In this document: one piece after another, positions 18,433 through 28,050 of the stretch
Position numbering within the stretch: the stretch's first letter is position 1
Layout of the letters: every line of letters begins with the position of its first letter
Source: Acidobacteriota bacterium
Lineage (GTDB): Bacteria > Acidobacteriota > Thermoanaerobaculia > Multivoradales > UBA5704
Assembly: GCA_040005235.1 (NCBI GenBank)
Contig: JBDTZG010000003.1
Coordinates: forward strand, 1 to 64,000
Length of the DNA stretch: 64,000 bases
Direction: 5' to 3'
The notes under the pieces: model-generated
Database searches by the model: none
What the model saw: the letters and a program-made list of their open reading frames with translations, nothing else
Told to the model about the DNA's origin: nothing
Made by a program: the position numbers and the translations under genes

Positions 18433-19888
18433 ATAGGTGCCAGCCTATTGGAGACAAAGTCCGAACCTCGTGCGGCGAACGAGTGTCAGACGACCGCTCT
18501 CGGCCGAAATCTTCGGCCGACAGAGCGAGAGCAGCCGGCTTTTTGGAGGGAAACACTTCGGGATCGAAGCGCGCGGGGTCTCCGGAGCGACGAGCCAAAG
18601 CGTCGGAGCATCGATCCTCGGCCAGCGGAGCAGCCGGTTGGAACTTCGGGCGGGCTTCGTTCGGATTGACGGGCAGGCGGTGTTTACGTCGCCGGCCCAA
18701 TCGCCAACCGGCCCGCTCGGACAAACGGCAGACCGGGAGGGAAGCTACCCCGTGGAAACCGAGCGAGCCGATCGCCGGCCCGCAGATACTCGGCCGCCTC
18801 TCGGAAAGTCCGGACGAACCAGGCGTAGGCGATCTTCAGCTCGGTTCGCACCTTCTTGCTGGCGGCGTGGACCCGAGGTGCAGGTGACTTTTTAGTTTTC
18901 GCCGGCTGAGAAAACGGCTGCTGCCGGAGGATCGCGGCCGGGCCGAGTGGCTCGATTCCTGTCTCCACTTGCCGAGCGGCGGCCTTGGCGACAATCGCCT
19001 CGACCAACTCGGCGATCCGCGCGCGGTACGGCTCCCCCACCGGATCTCGCCAGCAAGGCAAGGGAGAGAGAGTCACGACCTCGGGGTCCGCGAACTGCCG
19101 AGCGCCGAATTCCTCGCCGCGCTGGCGCGCCTGCCATTCCTTGGTGCGACTGAACCAGGTTCCCTCGATCGGCTCGCCGGTGAGCAGCGCGGTGACGCAG
19201 TGGACCCCTGGCCATTCCTGCGGCCGGGCGACCAAGTTCTCCTTGCAGCCATGAGAGAGGATGTAGACCAGCCGCCCGACCTGGGCTTCTTCTTCGTCGC
19301 TCACCAGAATCGCCTGATAGCGGCGAGAGAAAACCTTGTCTCGCCAGCCGGTCGATCGGGCGACCTCGCGGGCGAGCTTCGAGTTGAAATAGCCCATGAA
19401 GCGCGCCAGGCGCTCACTGTCCTCGGCCCGCGCCAGAAGGTGAAAGTGGTTCGAGGCAAAGAAGAACGCGCAGATCTCCAGCGGGTAGAGGCGCTGTGCC
19501 CGGCCGAGGGCTCCGACGATCACCTCGTTGAGCAGCGGTCCCGGCCGAAGAAGGAATCGGCTGTGGACCGTGCGGCAGGTGACCTCGTAGAGGGCTCCCC
19601 CATCGGGCGTGAATCGTAGCTTCCTGGCCATTTCGGCATCCGGCATTTCAAATGGCCTGCCACGCGGAGCGCGGCGAGCTAAGCTACAGAAACCGTGCGG
19701 CTTGTGCGCAACGCCGTGAATCCCGGGAGCGGCTCGACCCCGCAAAAGAACTTGCGGGGTGGCCGGTCCAATCTCAGGGAAAGCTCTGATTTTGCGGAGT
19801 TTACCGCGTGTCAAAAGATCTTGACAGGCGCGCAATCTCTTGCGTGGACGCAGTGCGGGGCTGCGCAGCAGGTTAGGGTGGCACCTAT
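18433..19888 (-). mobile_element. RAYT-like HUH transposase element bounded by 15-bp imperfect inverted motifs
   Basis: ATAGGTGCCAGCCTA (18433-18447) and TAGGGTGGCACCTAT (19874-19888), one mismatch, enclosing the transposase. Confidence 0.75.
18684..19631 (-). CDS. REP-associated tyrosine (Y1/HUH) transposase, RAYT-like
   Basis: MARKLR...YEVTCRT, SNHFHLL (HUH), VFSRRYQAILV, YILSHGCKENLV...EWPG. Confidence 0.9.
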   Translation of the reverse strand: MARKLRFTPDGGALYEVTCRTVHSRFLLRPGPLLNEVIVGALGRAQRLYPLEICAFFFASNHFHLLARAEDSERLARFMGYFNSKLAREVARSTGWRDKVFSRRYQAILVSDEEEAQVGRLVYILSHGCKENLVARPQEWPGVHCVTALLTGEPIEGTWFSRTKEWQARQRGEEFGARQFADPEVVTLSPLPCWRDPVGEPYRARIAELVEAIVAKAAARQVETGIEPLGPAAILRQQPFSQPAKTKKSPAPRVHAASKKVRTELKIAYAWFVRTFREAAEYLRAGDRLARFPRGSFPPGLPFVRAGRLAIGPAT

Positions 19889-20167
19889 CCCCCCCGAGCG
19901 GCACCTATCCCCCCCGAGCAGATCCTCGTACGACGAACGAGGACGAAACGGCAGACCCCCAGCTGAAGGCGGCAGTCAGAAGGACTCACCTGCTGGGTGC
20001 AGCGGAGTCAAAGGCGCGGCGAGCTGCGGGCTCGGGCGATCGGCCCGCTTCCATCCGGCGCGGAATCAAATACGCTACTCTTAAGGCTGGAATAGAGATG
20101 TCTTGGATCGGGTCCGAATTTACGGACACCGGATGACCACTCGGGTCGACCCTGGCGAAGGAGAACC

Positions 20168-20377
20168 ATGCTCAAGAGGCGCAAGAGGTTACTCAGTCTT
20201 TCAAAAGAGACGTTGGTAGCGCTCCATCCCATTGCAGGTGAGGATACCGTAGCAGCCGGGACGGCCGGGACGTCCGCCGATATGACCTGCAACACCACGC
20301 TTTGCACGCAGCCGGGATTTGGTTGCGGTTCCGGCCAGCCCTGCGTTCCGACGGGCGGGAGGCATTGCACCTTCTGA
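20168..20377 (+). CDS. Putative RiPP (class I lanthipeptide-like) precursor 1
   Basis: GAAGGAG RBS; leader KRLLSLSKETLVAL; Thr/Cys-rich core with 5 Cys. Confidence 0.75.
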   Translation: MLKRRKRLLSLSKETLVALHPIAGEDTVAAGTAGTSADMTCNTTLCTQPGFGCGSGQPCVPTGGRHCTF

Positions 20378-20493
20378 GAAGCTGCAAGAGGTCCAGCTCG
20401 CGGGCAAAGGTGCGGTAAATACCGCACCCTCGCCTTCGTTCGAGGCTGGAGGAGCACCGCGAAGAAACTCCAAGGGCGGGCGACCCGGCGGAA

Positions 20494-20823
20494 ATAGGTG
20501 CCGAGGGTCCAACCCGAGGACGAGACCGCGCCCGGCCGGGAACGGCATTTTGCAGAGCGGGTTGTTAGCTGGCCTTCAGCGGGAATCACGCCGAGCCCGG
20601 AGCCTGTGGGGCCTTTGGAACGTCGGAACTGAAGTGTCGGAATGTAGTTCCGCAGCGACCAGGCCAAGCGGTCGTAATTATCTCAAGCCTTTTGGGTTTG
20701 AGCGGCTGACCGCCCTGGCCTACGTGGCCGGGTTGGTCGCCAACCGACCCGCTCGGACAAACAGCAATTCGGGAGGGAAGCTCCCGCGGGGAAACCGACC
20801 CCGGAATAGGTGCCACCCTAACC
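20494..20823 (-). mobile_element. Degenerate fragment of the RAYT 3' end and flank
   Basis: CGCCAACCGACCCGCTCGGACAAAC...GGGAGGGAAGCTCCCGCGGGGAAACCGA matches 18703-18762; motif copies at ~20494 and 20806. Confidence 0.7.
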
Positions 20824-20890
20824 GAAAGCGGCCTGTCCATCAACGCAGCCAGCTTGACGCCACCCCCTTGGCTGTGTATTGATACACAAC

Positions 20891-21078
20891 ATGCGGAGTA
20901 CCGAGGTGGTCAAGCGGCTTGAGGCCGACGGTTGGGTTTGCGTCGGCGGCAAGGGCGACCACCGGAAGTTCAAGCACCCGACTAAACCGGCCACGTCACC
21001 GTGCCTCACCCGCGAAGGGACATCGCGATCGGCACGTTGCGCAATATCTTCCGGCAGGCCGGCTGGGAATGGAGTTGA
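20891..21078 (+). pseudogene. hicA: HicA toxin, frameshifted
   Basis: MRSTEVVKRLEADGW...KGDHRKFKHPTKP then a 1-nt deletion (~20989), continuing HVTVPHPRRDIAIGTLRNIFRQAGW. Confidence 0.85.
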
Positions 21079-21081
21079 GCG

Positions 21082-21474
21082 ATGCTGTATCCGGTATACG
21101 TACACAAGGATCCTGACAGTGCCTATGGGATGACCTTCCCGGATTTTCCAGGGTGCTTCTCGGCAGCCGACGACCTCGGGGAGGTCTCACGCCTGGCACA
21201 GGAAGCAGTCGAGGTGCATTTCGAAGGCGAGAACCTGGCGATCCCGTCCCCCACGCCGATTGAGAAACTCGCGGTAGATCCCAACTATGGGGGCGGCTTT
21301 TGGCTCCTGCTCGACGTCGATCTGTCCAAGGTGAACACCAAGAGCGTGCGCCTCAACATCTCACTGCCGGCAAACTTGGTCGGCCAGATCGACCACTACG
21401 CGGCCGAGCATCACATGACTCGAAGCGGGTTCCTGGCCAAAGCCGCGCTTCAGGCGATCGGCAACGGGACATAG
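21082..21474 (+). CDS. hicB: HicB antitoxin
   Basis: YPVYVHKDPDSAYGMTFPDFPGCFSA...RLNISLP...TRSGFLA (RHH). Confidence 0.92.
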   Translation: MLYPVYVHKDPDSAYGMTFPDFPGCFSAADDLGEVSRLAQEAVEVHFEGENLAIPSPTPIEKLAVDPNYGGGFWLLLDVDLSKVNTKSVRLNISLPANLVGQIDHYAAEHHMTRSGFLAKAALQAIGNGT

Positions 21475-21506
21475 GCGCACGTCGAGCTTCGGGCGGCCTA
21501 CTGCCC

Positions 21507-21758
21507 TTAGGCGCGAGCACGTCTTGCGGGACGGCGGGTCAAGAGCGCGGTCTTTTCCCCCACTTCCAGCAGGTAGAGAAGGGCCTCATTGACCGCTTCA
21601 GAAGTGGGAAAAGCCTGCGCCACCCGAGGTTCCAGAACCACGATGTTCGATCCCTGCTTCAGCCTCTCCGCATATTTCCCGCGCACCAGCTCGCCGAAGT
21701 CGGAACGTTTGTACTCCGGCCGGAGCTCGTCGTCAAACCCCACATCATCCTTCTTCAT
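21507..21758 (-). CDS. BrnA-like antitoxin
   Basis: DELRPEY...VRGKYA...VVLEPRVAQAFPTSEAVNEAL; overlaps brnT. Confidence 0.8.
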   Translation of the reverse strand: MKKDDVGFDDELRPEYKRSDFGELVRGKYAERLKQGSNIVVLEPRVAQAFPTSEAVNEALLYLLEVGEKTALLTRRPARRARA

Positions 21759-22017
21759 AGAGCTTCCTTTCAGGACGGGTTGCCTTTCGAGCACTAATGA
21801 TCCGAAGACAGTCAGCGCTCTCCGTGTGAGAAACCGCCAATAACCGGCCGGCAGCCGACCGGCCCAAGACGACGTATCGGTTCTCGAGCACCGAGTGATC
21901 CGGATCGTGGCCCGTAACAGAGAGCGCATCGTAAAACACCGTCGAGGCCTCCTCGAACGAGACGCTGTGCTTTCGCAGGTTGTGCTCCGCCTTGGCGCGA
22001 TCCCATTGAAATTGCAT
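21745..22017 (-). CDS. brnT: BrnT family toxin
   Basis: FQWDRAKAEHNLRKHSVSFEEASTVF...RIISARKAT. Confidence 0.92.
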   Translation of the reverse strand: MQFQWDRAKAEHNLRKHSVSFEEASTVFYDALSVTGHDPDHSVLENRYVVLGRSAAGRLLAVSHTESADCLRIISARKATRPERKLYEEG

Positions 22018-22269
22018 CGCCGGTCATTGTAGCTCCTCCCCCCGCCCCTTCACTCGTACCGCAACACCTCGATCTCGGGTCCAACCCCGCCGTCCACCGC
22101 GCCCCGGAATAGGTGCCCCCGAAATAGGTGCCAGCCTAACCTGAGGATGAGACCGATTCTCGTGCGGCGAAACGGGATCGGAGCGACCACTCCGGCCGAA
22201 ATCGGCAGTCGGCGGGGCGAGTTGCAACCGGCCTTCGCCGGGAATCACGCCGAATTCGAAGCCTGTGTA

Positions 22270-22362
22270 GCCATCGGAGGCCCACTGCCGAAGATCCTCC
22301 GAGTTGATCACTTCGACATTCAGAATCTCGTCTCGCCGCTTCTCCAGCGTCGATAGCTTCAT
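22270..22362 (-). pseudogene. Internally deleted minimal nucleotidyltransferase remnant
   Basis: MKLSTLEKRRDEIL fused directly to VEVINSEDLRQW, then RAYT-flank sequence. Confidence 0.35.
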
Positions 22363-22952
22363 GCCACCGGTCCCACGACTCTGTTCACCAACCGTTCGAA
22401 CTCGGGAATTCTCTCGGGCGCATCCAGAATCTGTGCGAACTCATGGACGAAAGCGCGCACTCTTTCCAGATCGATGCGGTCCGCGTGCAACGTGAGGAGC
22501 TGCTCGATGTCGTATCGGTCCCGATCTCTCCAGGCAAGAACCTTGTAGATGACCAGGTCTTCAGGAGCGGCGACCGAAATCTTGATTCCCCCGAACTTCA
22601 CCTCGACCGCTTGCGCCAGGGCCTCCTGCTCAAAGGAGGTATAGGCGAAGCTGATTTCCAAGGTTACTTTCGTCTTATCGTGCACGAGCAAGAGAACTTG
22701 GCTTTTCTTGGCGAACTCCAAGCAATCGGGGATCCGCGGACGAATCGATCCCTCTGCCAAGGTCTTAAGGAAACTGGAAGTGTCGAGGTGAGCCGCAAGA
22801 ACCGTGGCGTCGATGTCGATGGTCTGGCGCGCCACTCCGTGGGCGATGACCGCAATTCCTCCGATCACCATGCTCGGGGAGTCGATCCGCCCGAGAGCCT
22901 TCGCCAAGTCGGCGAGAGCCTCCAGGATTTTCTTACTTGGCCGCTTGGCCAT
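22359..22952 (-). CDS. Nucleotidyltransferase (DUF6036/AbiEii-like)
   Basis: MVIGGIAVIAHGVARQTIDID, APEDLVIYKVLAWRDRDRYDI. Confidence 0.85.
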   Translation of the reverse strand: MAKRPSKKILEALADLAKALGRIDSPSMVIGGIAVIAHGVARQTIDIDATVLAAHLDTSSFLKTLAEGSIRPRIPDCLEFAKKSQVLLLVHDKTKVTLEISFAYTSFEQEALAQAVEVKFGGIKISVAAPEDLVIYKVLAWRDRDRYDIEQLLTLHADRIDLERVRAFVHEFAQILDAPERIPEFERLVNRVVGPVA

Positions 22953-23220
22953 GGGCCACATAGTAACTGCGGACACGAACCCAGCAGTTCCGAGCGTGCT
23001 CGGCGTCACGACGGCGAACATCGTTTTCGGGAGGAGGCCAGCCGTGCATCGTGCCGAACAGGTCCATCAGCTCCAAGGCACCTCGGACGGAGACGGCCGA
23101 ATCAGGCCCCGCTTGGCGGCGCTCCTCTCGCTCTTGGACTTCCACGGCCTGCCACCCGGCGACCATCCGGTGCAGGCTCCCAGGAAGATCTGTAGTTTTG
23201 GAGGGCCGGACGGTCTTCAT
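22933..23220 (-). CDS. Small partner (putative antitoxin) of the nucleotidyltransferase
   Basis: 95-aa ORF overlapping the NTase start; duplicated at 29150-29437. Confidence 0.65.
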   Translation of the reverse strand: MKTVRPSKTTDLPGSLHRMVAGWQAVEVQEREERRQAGPDSAVSVRGALELMDLFGTMHGWPPPENDVRRRDAEHARNCWVRVRSYYVAHGQAAK

Positions 23221-23278
23221 CGCGAAAGCCTAGCATGGGCTTTTGCTTCGGACCCCGGGAACGTGTCCCGCGGGCGCG

Positions 23279-23488
23279 CTATGCCGCCTGGCCGGTCCCT
23301 CTTCGGGGCGGGCGTGGAGGGTTCCGCATTGGGATTCTTCCAGCGGCCGCCTCGCGAGCGCGCAGTTGCTCGCCCAAGGCATGAAGGTCCCCACCGACAG
23401 CTTCGACGATCCGTGCGCGTGCGGCACGGACCTCGGAGACGATTGGATCAACCCACGGGGTTTGCGAATCTTCAAGGGGCATCGACAT
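23279..23488 (-). CDS. Small antitoxin-like protein
   Basis: WVDPIVSEVRAARARI...GGDL motif, typical of partners of PIN toxins; GGAGA upstream. Confidence 0.6.
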   Translation of the reverse strand: MSMPLEDSQTPWVDPIVSEVRAARARIVEAVGGDLHALGEQLRAREAAAGRIPMRNPPRPPRRGTGQAA

Positions 23489-23890
23489 ACTAGGATTCTC
23501 CCATCAGTTCGTCGGGAGTACACTGAATCGGCGGCTCGTAACCTGCCCCCCGACACGCAGCTTCGACGAGAGGGCGCCTTTTCAGAGGGGAAGACTTTGC
23601 GAGCGCCGCATCCTGGTAGGGGCTGGAGCTGCTACGAACGAAACCGCTTGATCAGGTCTTCAAAGTCCTGCAGGAGTAGTCTCCTGTTCAAGGACCGTGT
23701 CGATCCGTTAACCGCGCGCCTGAACCGCGAGGATCACGCAGGCCGCCCCGGGGTTGGCCCAAGGCCTCGTCCCTCGCGCCTCACCGGATTTCCGGATCGC
23801 GTGTCGGATTCGGCCGCCGCGGCGATCGCTTTGCCGAACCCTTCCTTCGATTTCCGGACGCGGCCGATCGAACCTCCGTGTGCGCAGATC

Positions 23891-24226
23891 GAATTTCTAG
23901 CTCCGATGACCGTTCCGCTGAGTAAACGGAGGGATCTTCTGCTTCAAATGACCCCTCCGCTACCCTGGGGGAACCCTCTTTCTTCCAAAAAGACCCTTAC
24001 GCTGGTCCAGCGTAGGGGTCTTTTTCTTCGCAAGACGCCCACGCCGGACCGGCGGGATGGTCTTTTCTCCGCAAAGACTGCTGCGCCGGACCTGCGGAAC
24101 GGTCTTTTAGGCGAAAAGACCCAGCCTTCAAGGAAGAGGACGGATCTTTTTCTGTGAAAAACCTCTCCCCCCAACCTCTGGAACGGTCTTTCTTCCTCGA
24201 AATCCCCTTCGCGGAGGCGGCGCAAC
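23891..24226. repeat. 42-bp periodic degenerate array (~8 units), core GGTCTTTT-N6-AAAGAC
   Basis: Unit starts at 23891, 23933, 23975, 24017, 24059, 24101, 24143 and 24185. Confidence 0.85.
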
Positions 24227-24271
24227 GAACTGGAGCGGCGATATTCTCCCCCTTCGTCCAAGGAGAATGTC

Positions 24272-24652
24272 ATGGCAGACCGGTCGTACGGGGGAAAGCT
24301 TGTCCGGTGGCAAACGATGGCGCACAACATCGAGGATTCCGTACCGCTGATCCCTGGCGCGGACGGCCCGATGGCCGAGCTTCGCGAGAAACTTGCCGAG
24401 CTGAGCAAGACTCACGGGACTCTGGTGGAGATGGAAGGCCGAAAGAAGGAGCTGGTGCAGCTCCGCAGGCGCCTCGATCAAGAAACCCAGGAGGTCGTGA
24501 GGCGTCTCGCCTCGGCCGCTCGGGCTCATTTCGGATTCAAAAGCCCGCAGCTCGAAACTTTCGGCGTCCCGGCGGAGATCTTCAGCCGGCGCAAAAACCA
24601 CGGGAAGAGAGGGCCGGCGCGAAAGAAACCGAGCCCCGAGTCGCAGGACTGA
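24272..24652 (+). CDS. Small helical hypothetical protein with basic tail
   Basis: AAGGAG RBS; coiled-coil-like, ARAHFGFKSPQLETFGV motif, K/R-rich C-terminus. Confidence 0.8.
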   Translation: MADRSYGGKLVRWQTMAHNIEDSVPLIPGADGPMAELREKLAELSKTHGTLVEMEGRKKELVQLRRRLDQETQEVVRRLASAARAHFGFKSPQLETFGVPAEIFSRRKNHGKRGPARKKPSPESQD

Positions 24653-24953
24653 TGCAGCCTGCTTGACGCCTCGGAGGCCGCAGGGGGTTCTCAGCTTTGC
24701 CGACGCGATCTCCAAAGGCCGGATTTCCCGGAAACCCCGAGCGAGCACCCGATGGCGACCAGTCCGGCGTTTCGCAAGGCCGTGCCGAGAGTCTGCAATA
24801 GGTCCGGCACGGGCAGCAGCGCCAAGAGAAAATTGAGTCCCAGCCCGGCAAGGAAAAGGACCGCGGTCCATCGCGGCACGGCTTTGGGCCTGGAGGGTGG
24901 CGATGCCTCGCCGGAGCCGCGGTATCCTCTCGCCCGGAGGGGAGGTTCCAGGC

Positions 24954-25754
24954 ATGAGCGTCGGCAGCACAATGGTTCGGGGGGCGGAGATCCGTTTTCA
25001 AGAGGCGGCGGAAGAGCTGCGGCCGTGGGTCGGCTGCTTCTGGGTGATCACCGCGGACCGGGACGCCGTCCTTCGGCTCGTTCCCGATGGGAGCACCACG
25101 ATCTCCGCTCAGGTGCGGGACGGGGAAGCTCCCGTCTGGGTCTTGCGGGGCCCCGTACTGAGGCCCGACGAGCGCCGCTTCGAGATGCCGGCGACGGTGG
25201 TGGGGATCCGGTTGCGGCCGGGGGTCGCCTTCCTTTTGACGGGCATCTTGATGGAGACGCTGGTCGATCGGCGGCTCGATCTTTCGGGCCTCGAATCCTT
25301 TCGGGATCTCGTCGCCGCCGAGCCTCCACCGCGCACGCCCTCGGAGCACATCGCGTCGCTCGAAAGGTTTCTGATTGCGCGGCTCGGACATGCCGCCGTC
25401 CATCCGGTCGTCGCGTCCGTCCTCGCCGAGCTCGAGCGCAGCCGCGGAGGTCTGCGGGCATCCGAGCTGGCCGCCCATGGCGGCGTGAGCCCTCGGCAGC
25501 TGAATCGGCTGATGCGCCGGTGGGTGGGCTTCGGCTCCAAACAGCTTGCGAACATCGTTCGCTTCCAGGCGACGCTTCACGAGATGGAACAGCCGGCCCA
25601 ACCTCCCCTGGCTTCGCTTGCGGCGGAGAACGGGTATTACGATCAGTCCCACCTTACGCACGACGCCGTCCGGTTCTCGGGAACCACGCCGGGCGATCTC
25701 CTGCCGCGCGCGATGTCCGATTTTTCCAAGACCCGTTGCGACCAGCTCCTCTAG
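24954..25754 (+). CDS. AraC-family regulator (DUF6597 N-terminus)
   Basis: LRPWVGCFW, VPDG, SPRQLNRL...GYYDQSHL. Confidence 0.88.
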   Translation: MSVGSTMVRGAEIRFQEAAEELRPWVGCFWVITADRDAVLRLVPDGSTTISAQVRDGEAPVWVLRGPVLRPDERRFEMPATVVGIRLRPGVAFLLTGILMETLVDRRLDLSGLESFRDLVAAEPPPRTPSEHIASLERFLIARLGHAAVHPVVASVLAELERSRGGLRASELAAHGGVSPRQLNRLMRRWVGFGSKQLANIVRFQATLHEMEQPAQPPLASLAAENGYYDQSHLTHDAVRFSGTTPGDLLPRAMSDFSKTRCDQLL

Positions 25755-25829
25755 AGTAGGGCCTCAGTTGGCGCCCGGCCGCCGCGGAGCGGCGGCCCTT
25801 TAGGCCTCAAGGCTCAGGAGCCCTACCCC

Positions 25830-26216
25830 ATGTGGAAGCATGTCGCTGGCGTGTTCGTCGGATTGCTGGTTTGGATCGCCGTCGCCCTGGTGGCGGGCGT
25901 TCTATTGCGGTGGTTCTGGCCCGAATACGTCGCCGCCTCGGGGGCCATGGCGTTCACATTGCCAATGATGCTCACGCGGCTTTCGATCGGTGCCCTGGCG
26001 ACGATCGCGGCCGGAGCATTGGCCGCCCGCCTTGGGCAATCGAACCGAGCGGCGATTTTCCTCGGCGCGGTCCTGCTCGTGATCTTTGTCCCTATGCACG
26101 TCCATCTTTGGGACAAGTTTCCCCCCTGGTATCACCTGACGTTTCTCGCGTCGCTCGTTCCGCTTGCCGTCTTCGGGGGGAGGATGGCGCAACGAGGGCC
26201 GAAGCGAGGCGCATAG
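25830..26216 (+). CDS. Hypothetical membrane protein
   Basis: AGGAG RBS; 4 TM helices, FPPWYHL. Confidence 0.75.
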   Translation: MWKHVAGVFVGLLVWIAVALVAGVLLRWFWPEYVAASGAMAFTLPMMLTRLSIGALATIAAGALAARLGQSNRAAIFLGAVLLVIFVPMHVHLWDKFPPWYHLTFLASLVPLAVFGGRMAQRGPKRGA

Positions 26217-26482
26217 CTGAAAGGGTCAATCAACTCGGCGATCCGCTCGCGGTATTGCTCCTCCGGCAGATGTCGCCAACACGGCAAACGCGCGAGGTTG
26301 ACGACCTCGGTGTCCGCGAACTGCCGAGCGCCGAACTCCTCGCCGCGCTGGCGCGCTTCCCATTCCCTGGTGCGATCGAACCAGGTTCCCTCGATCGGCT
26401 CGCCGGTGAGGAGAGCACTGACGCAGTGAACCCCCGGCCAGTCCTGAGGCTGGGCGACCAGGTTCTCTTTGCAGCCATGAGA
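26217..26482 (-). pseudogene. Internal RAYT fragment
   Basis: SHGCKENLVAQPQDWPGVH...YRERIAELI, closely similar to 18684-19631. Confidence 0.88.
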
Positions 26483-26758
26483 AATCTGTCGTTTTGAACA
26501 GCGGGCCTCGGCGCTACGTAACCGGCGCAATCGCCATCCGTGGATGCGTAGAGTTCCGGCCGATCAGGCCTGGGGGCTGCGCTTCGACGCTCCGGCGACC
26601 CCAAGGGATCCTCTCGGCATAAATCCCCGCCGAGCCGAATGACTGGCTGCGCCGTACTCAAGTTGGCTGCTTCCTGCGGCCGCGACCGGCCCTGTCGACC
26701 CGAGTCGCCACTCTTGGGCCGCGCCGGGGGATCGCGTGGCTTCTCTAAGAGGGTGGTA

Positions 26759-26855
26759 CCTATCCAGGCCTGGCGAGGCCGTGCCCGGCGAACTGGCGCC
26801 TCCGCCGGTCCTATCCTGGCGAGGCCGTGCCCGGCGAACTGGCGCCTCCGCCGGT
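26759..26855. repeat. ~46-50-bp tandem duplication starting at a motif copy
   Basis: CCTATCC(AGGCC)TGGCGAGGCCGTGCCCGGCGAACTGGCGCCTCCGCCGGT twice. Confidence 0.85.
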
Positions 26856-26974
26856 CTGAAACAGAGGAGCAGCCTACCGCCAGGGAGGTCAGTCGGCGTC
26901 ACTAAGGACAGGACAATGGCCGCAACCCGGAGGCAGCGGAACTGTCTCCGCAGCCTCCGCTTTTCCTGCTCCAG

Positions 26975-27157
26975 CTAGCAGGTGGTGTCGCACGTTTCAC
27001 AGCTCTCGCAGGAGATGCAGGCGGAGCAGTCGGAGGGACACGTATTTATACAATTCGTCCGGAAGCTGAGACCGCCATCGACCCTCTTCTGATCGTCTCT
27101 GGACAAATCGCGCACGGTCTCTCTGCTGAGCTTGAGTTTCGCAAGTCGCTTCTTCAT
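26975..27157 (-). CDS. Putative lanthipeptide-like precursor 2
   Basis: AAAGGAG RBS; MKKRLAKLKLSRETVRDL...VDGG / LSFRTNCINTCPSDCSACISCESCETCDTTC (8 Cys). Confidence 0.85.
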   Translation of the reverse strand: MKKRLAKLKLSRETVRDLSRDDQKRVDGGLSFRTNCINTCPSDCSACISCESCETCDTTC

Positions 27158-27339
27158 CGAACTCTCCTTTGCTACGGCGTTTTTGTTGATGACGCTTATT
27201 TATCTTAACAGCGACCTCTCGCTTGGCTCAAGTAGCGCCTCATGAAGAGGGTGGCACCTATAGCCAGGGGATGGAAAGGCGGCGAGCTGACCTACACCTG
27301 CACCCCGCCGAGCTCCGCAGGCGCGGACTTTGACGAGGC

Positions 27340-27470
27340 CCTGCCGCCCTGCTCACCGGCCAGCCGATCGAGGGAACCTGGTTCGATCGAACGAAGGAGT
27401 GGGAAGCGCGCGAGCGCGGCGACGAGGTGGGTGCCCGGCAATTCACAGAAACAGAGGTCGTGGACCTCGC
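27340..27470 (+). pseudogene. Internal RAYT fragment, opposite orientation
   Basis: GCCCTGCTCACCGGCCAGCCGATCGAGGGAACCTGGTTCGATCGAACG encodes ALLTGQPIEGTWFDRTKEWEAR. Confidence 0.8.
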
Positions 27471-27737
27471 CCCCCGGCTTGCCTCAGCTATCCTGCGAAC
27501 GTGGAATCTCGTGCGACGCGGTCGCTTGGCGTGGGACGCCCGCCCGTGATCAGGAGATCGGCGAGCGCTGCGTAGATCGGGAGCCCTGCCCGCTTGGCTA
27601 CCCCGGCCGAATAGGTGCCAGCCTAACCTGAGGGCGCAGCCGCCGCGCGGCGGAAGCTTCACTTGAGCCGACCAACGGTTCCGGCCGGCTCAAAGCCGCA
27701 TTTTCGGATGCTTCGGCTACTTCCCGGTCCGCCTGAC

Positions 27738-27905
27738 CTAGCAGATGTCGCTGCAAGTGGTGTTGCAGGAAGGGTCCGAACAGAACTCTGTGCTGTTCGT
27801 ACACTTCAGGGTCGCTCCGCCCACCGCCTTCAGTATCTCGCGGTTGGTTAACTGGCTGATGGTCTCCTGGCTTAGGTTGAGCTTCTTCTTAGCCTTGGCT
27901 TTCAT
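27738..27905 (-). CDS. Putative lanthipeptide-like precursor 3
   Basis: GAGGAG RBS; MKAKAKKKLNLSQETISQL...AVGG / ATLKCTNSTEFCSDPSCNTTCSDIC (5 Cys). Confidence 0.85.
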   Translation of the reverse strand: MKAKAKKKLNLSQETISQLTNREILKAVGGATLKCTNSTEFCSDPSCNTTCSDIC

Positions 27906-28050
27906 CGGAAGGTTCTCCTCGGCAGAGCCGGCCCCATCGCCGGTCCATATCAATCAAGGTGAGGCTATCTGGCTTTTCCGCGCCTCTCCGGGAAGAAGTG
28001 TCGGAAGGTAGAACCGCAGCCACCAGGCCAGGCGGTCGTAATGATCTGCT

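Noticed and set aside
21475-21545. Possible degenerate attC site after the BrnA-like gene
   Set aside because: No clean RYYYAAC/GTTRRRY pair and no integron integrase in the window; at most a relic.
405-24226. The two periodic arrays (405-740 and 23891-24226) as CRISPR arrays
   Set aside because: Conserved parts are short and degenerate, the periods (21 and 42 bp) are below CRISPR repeat-plus-spacer length, and no cas genes are present.
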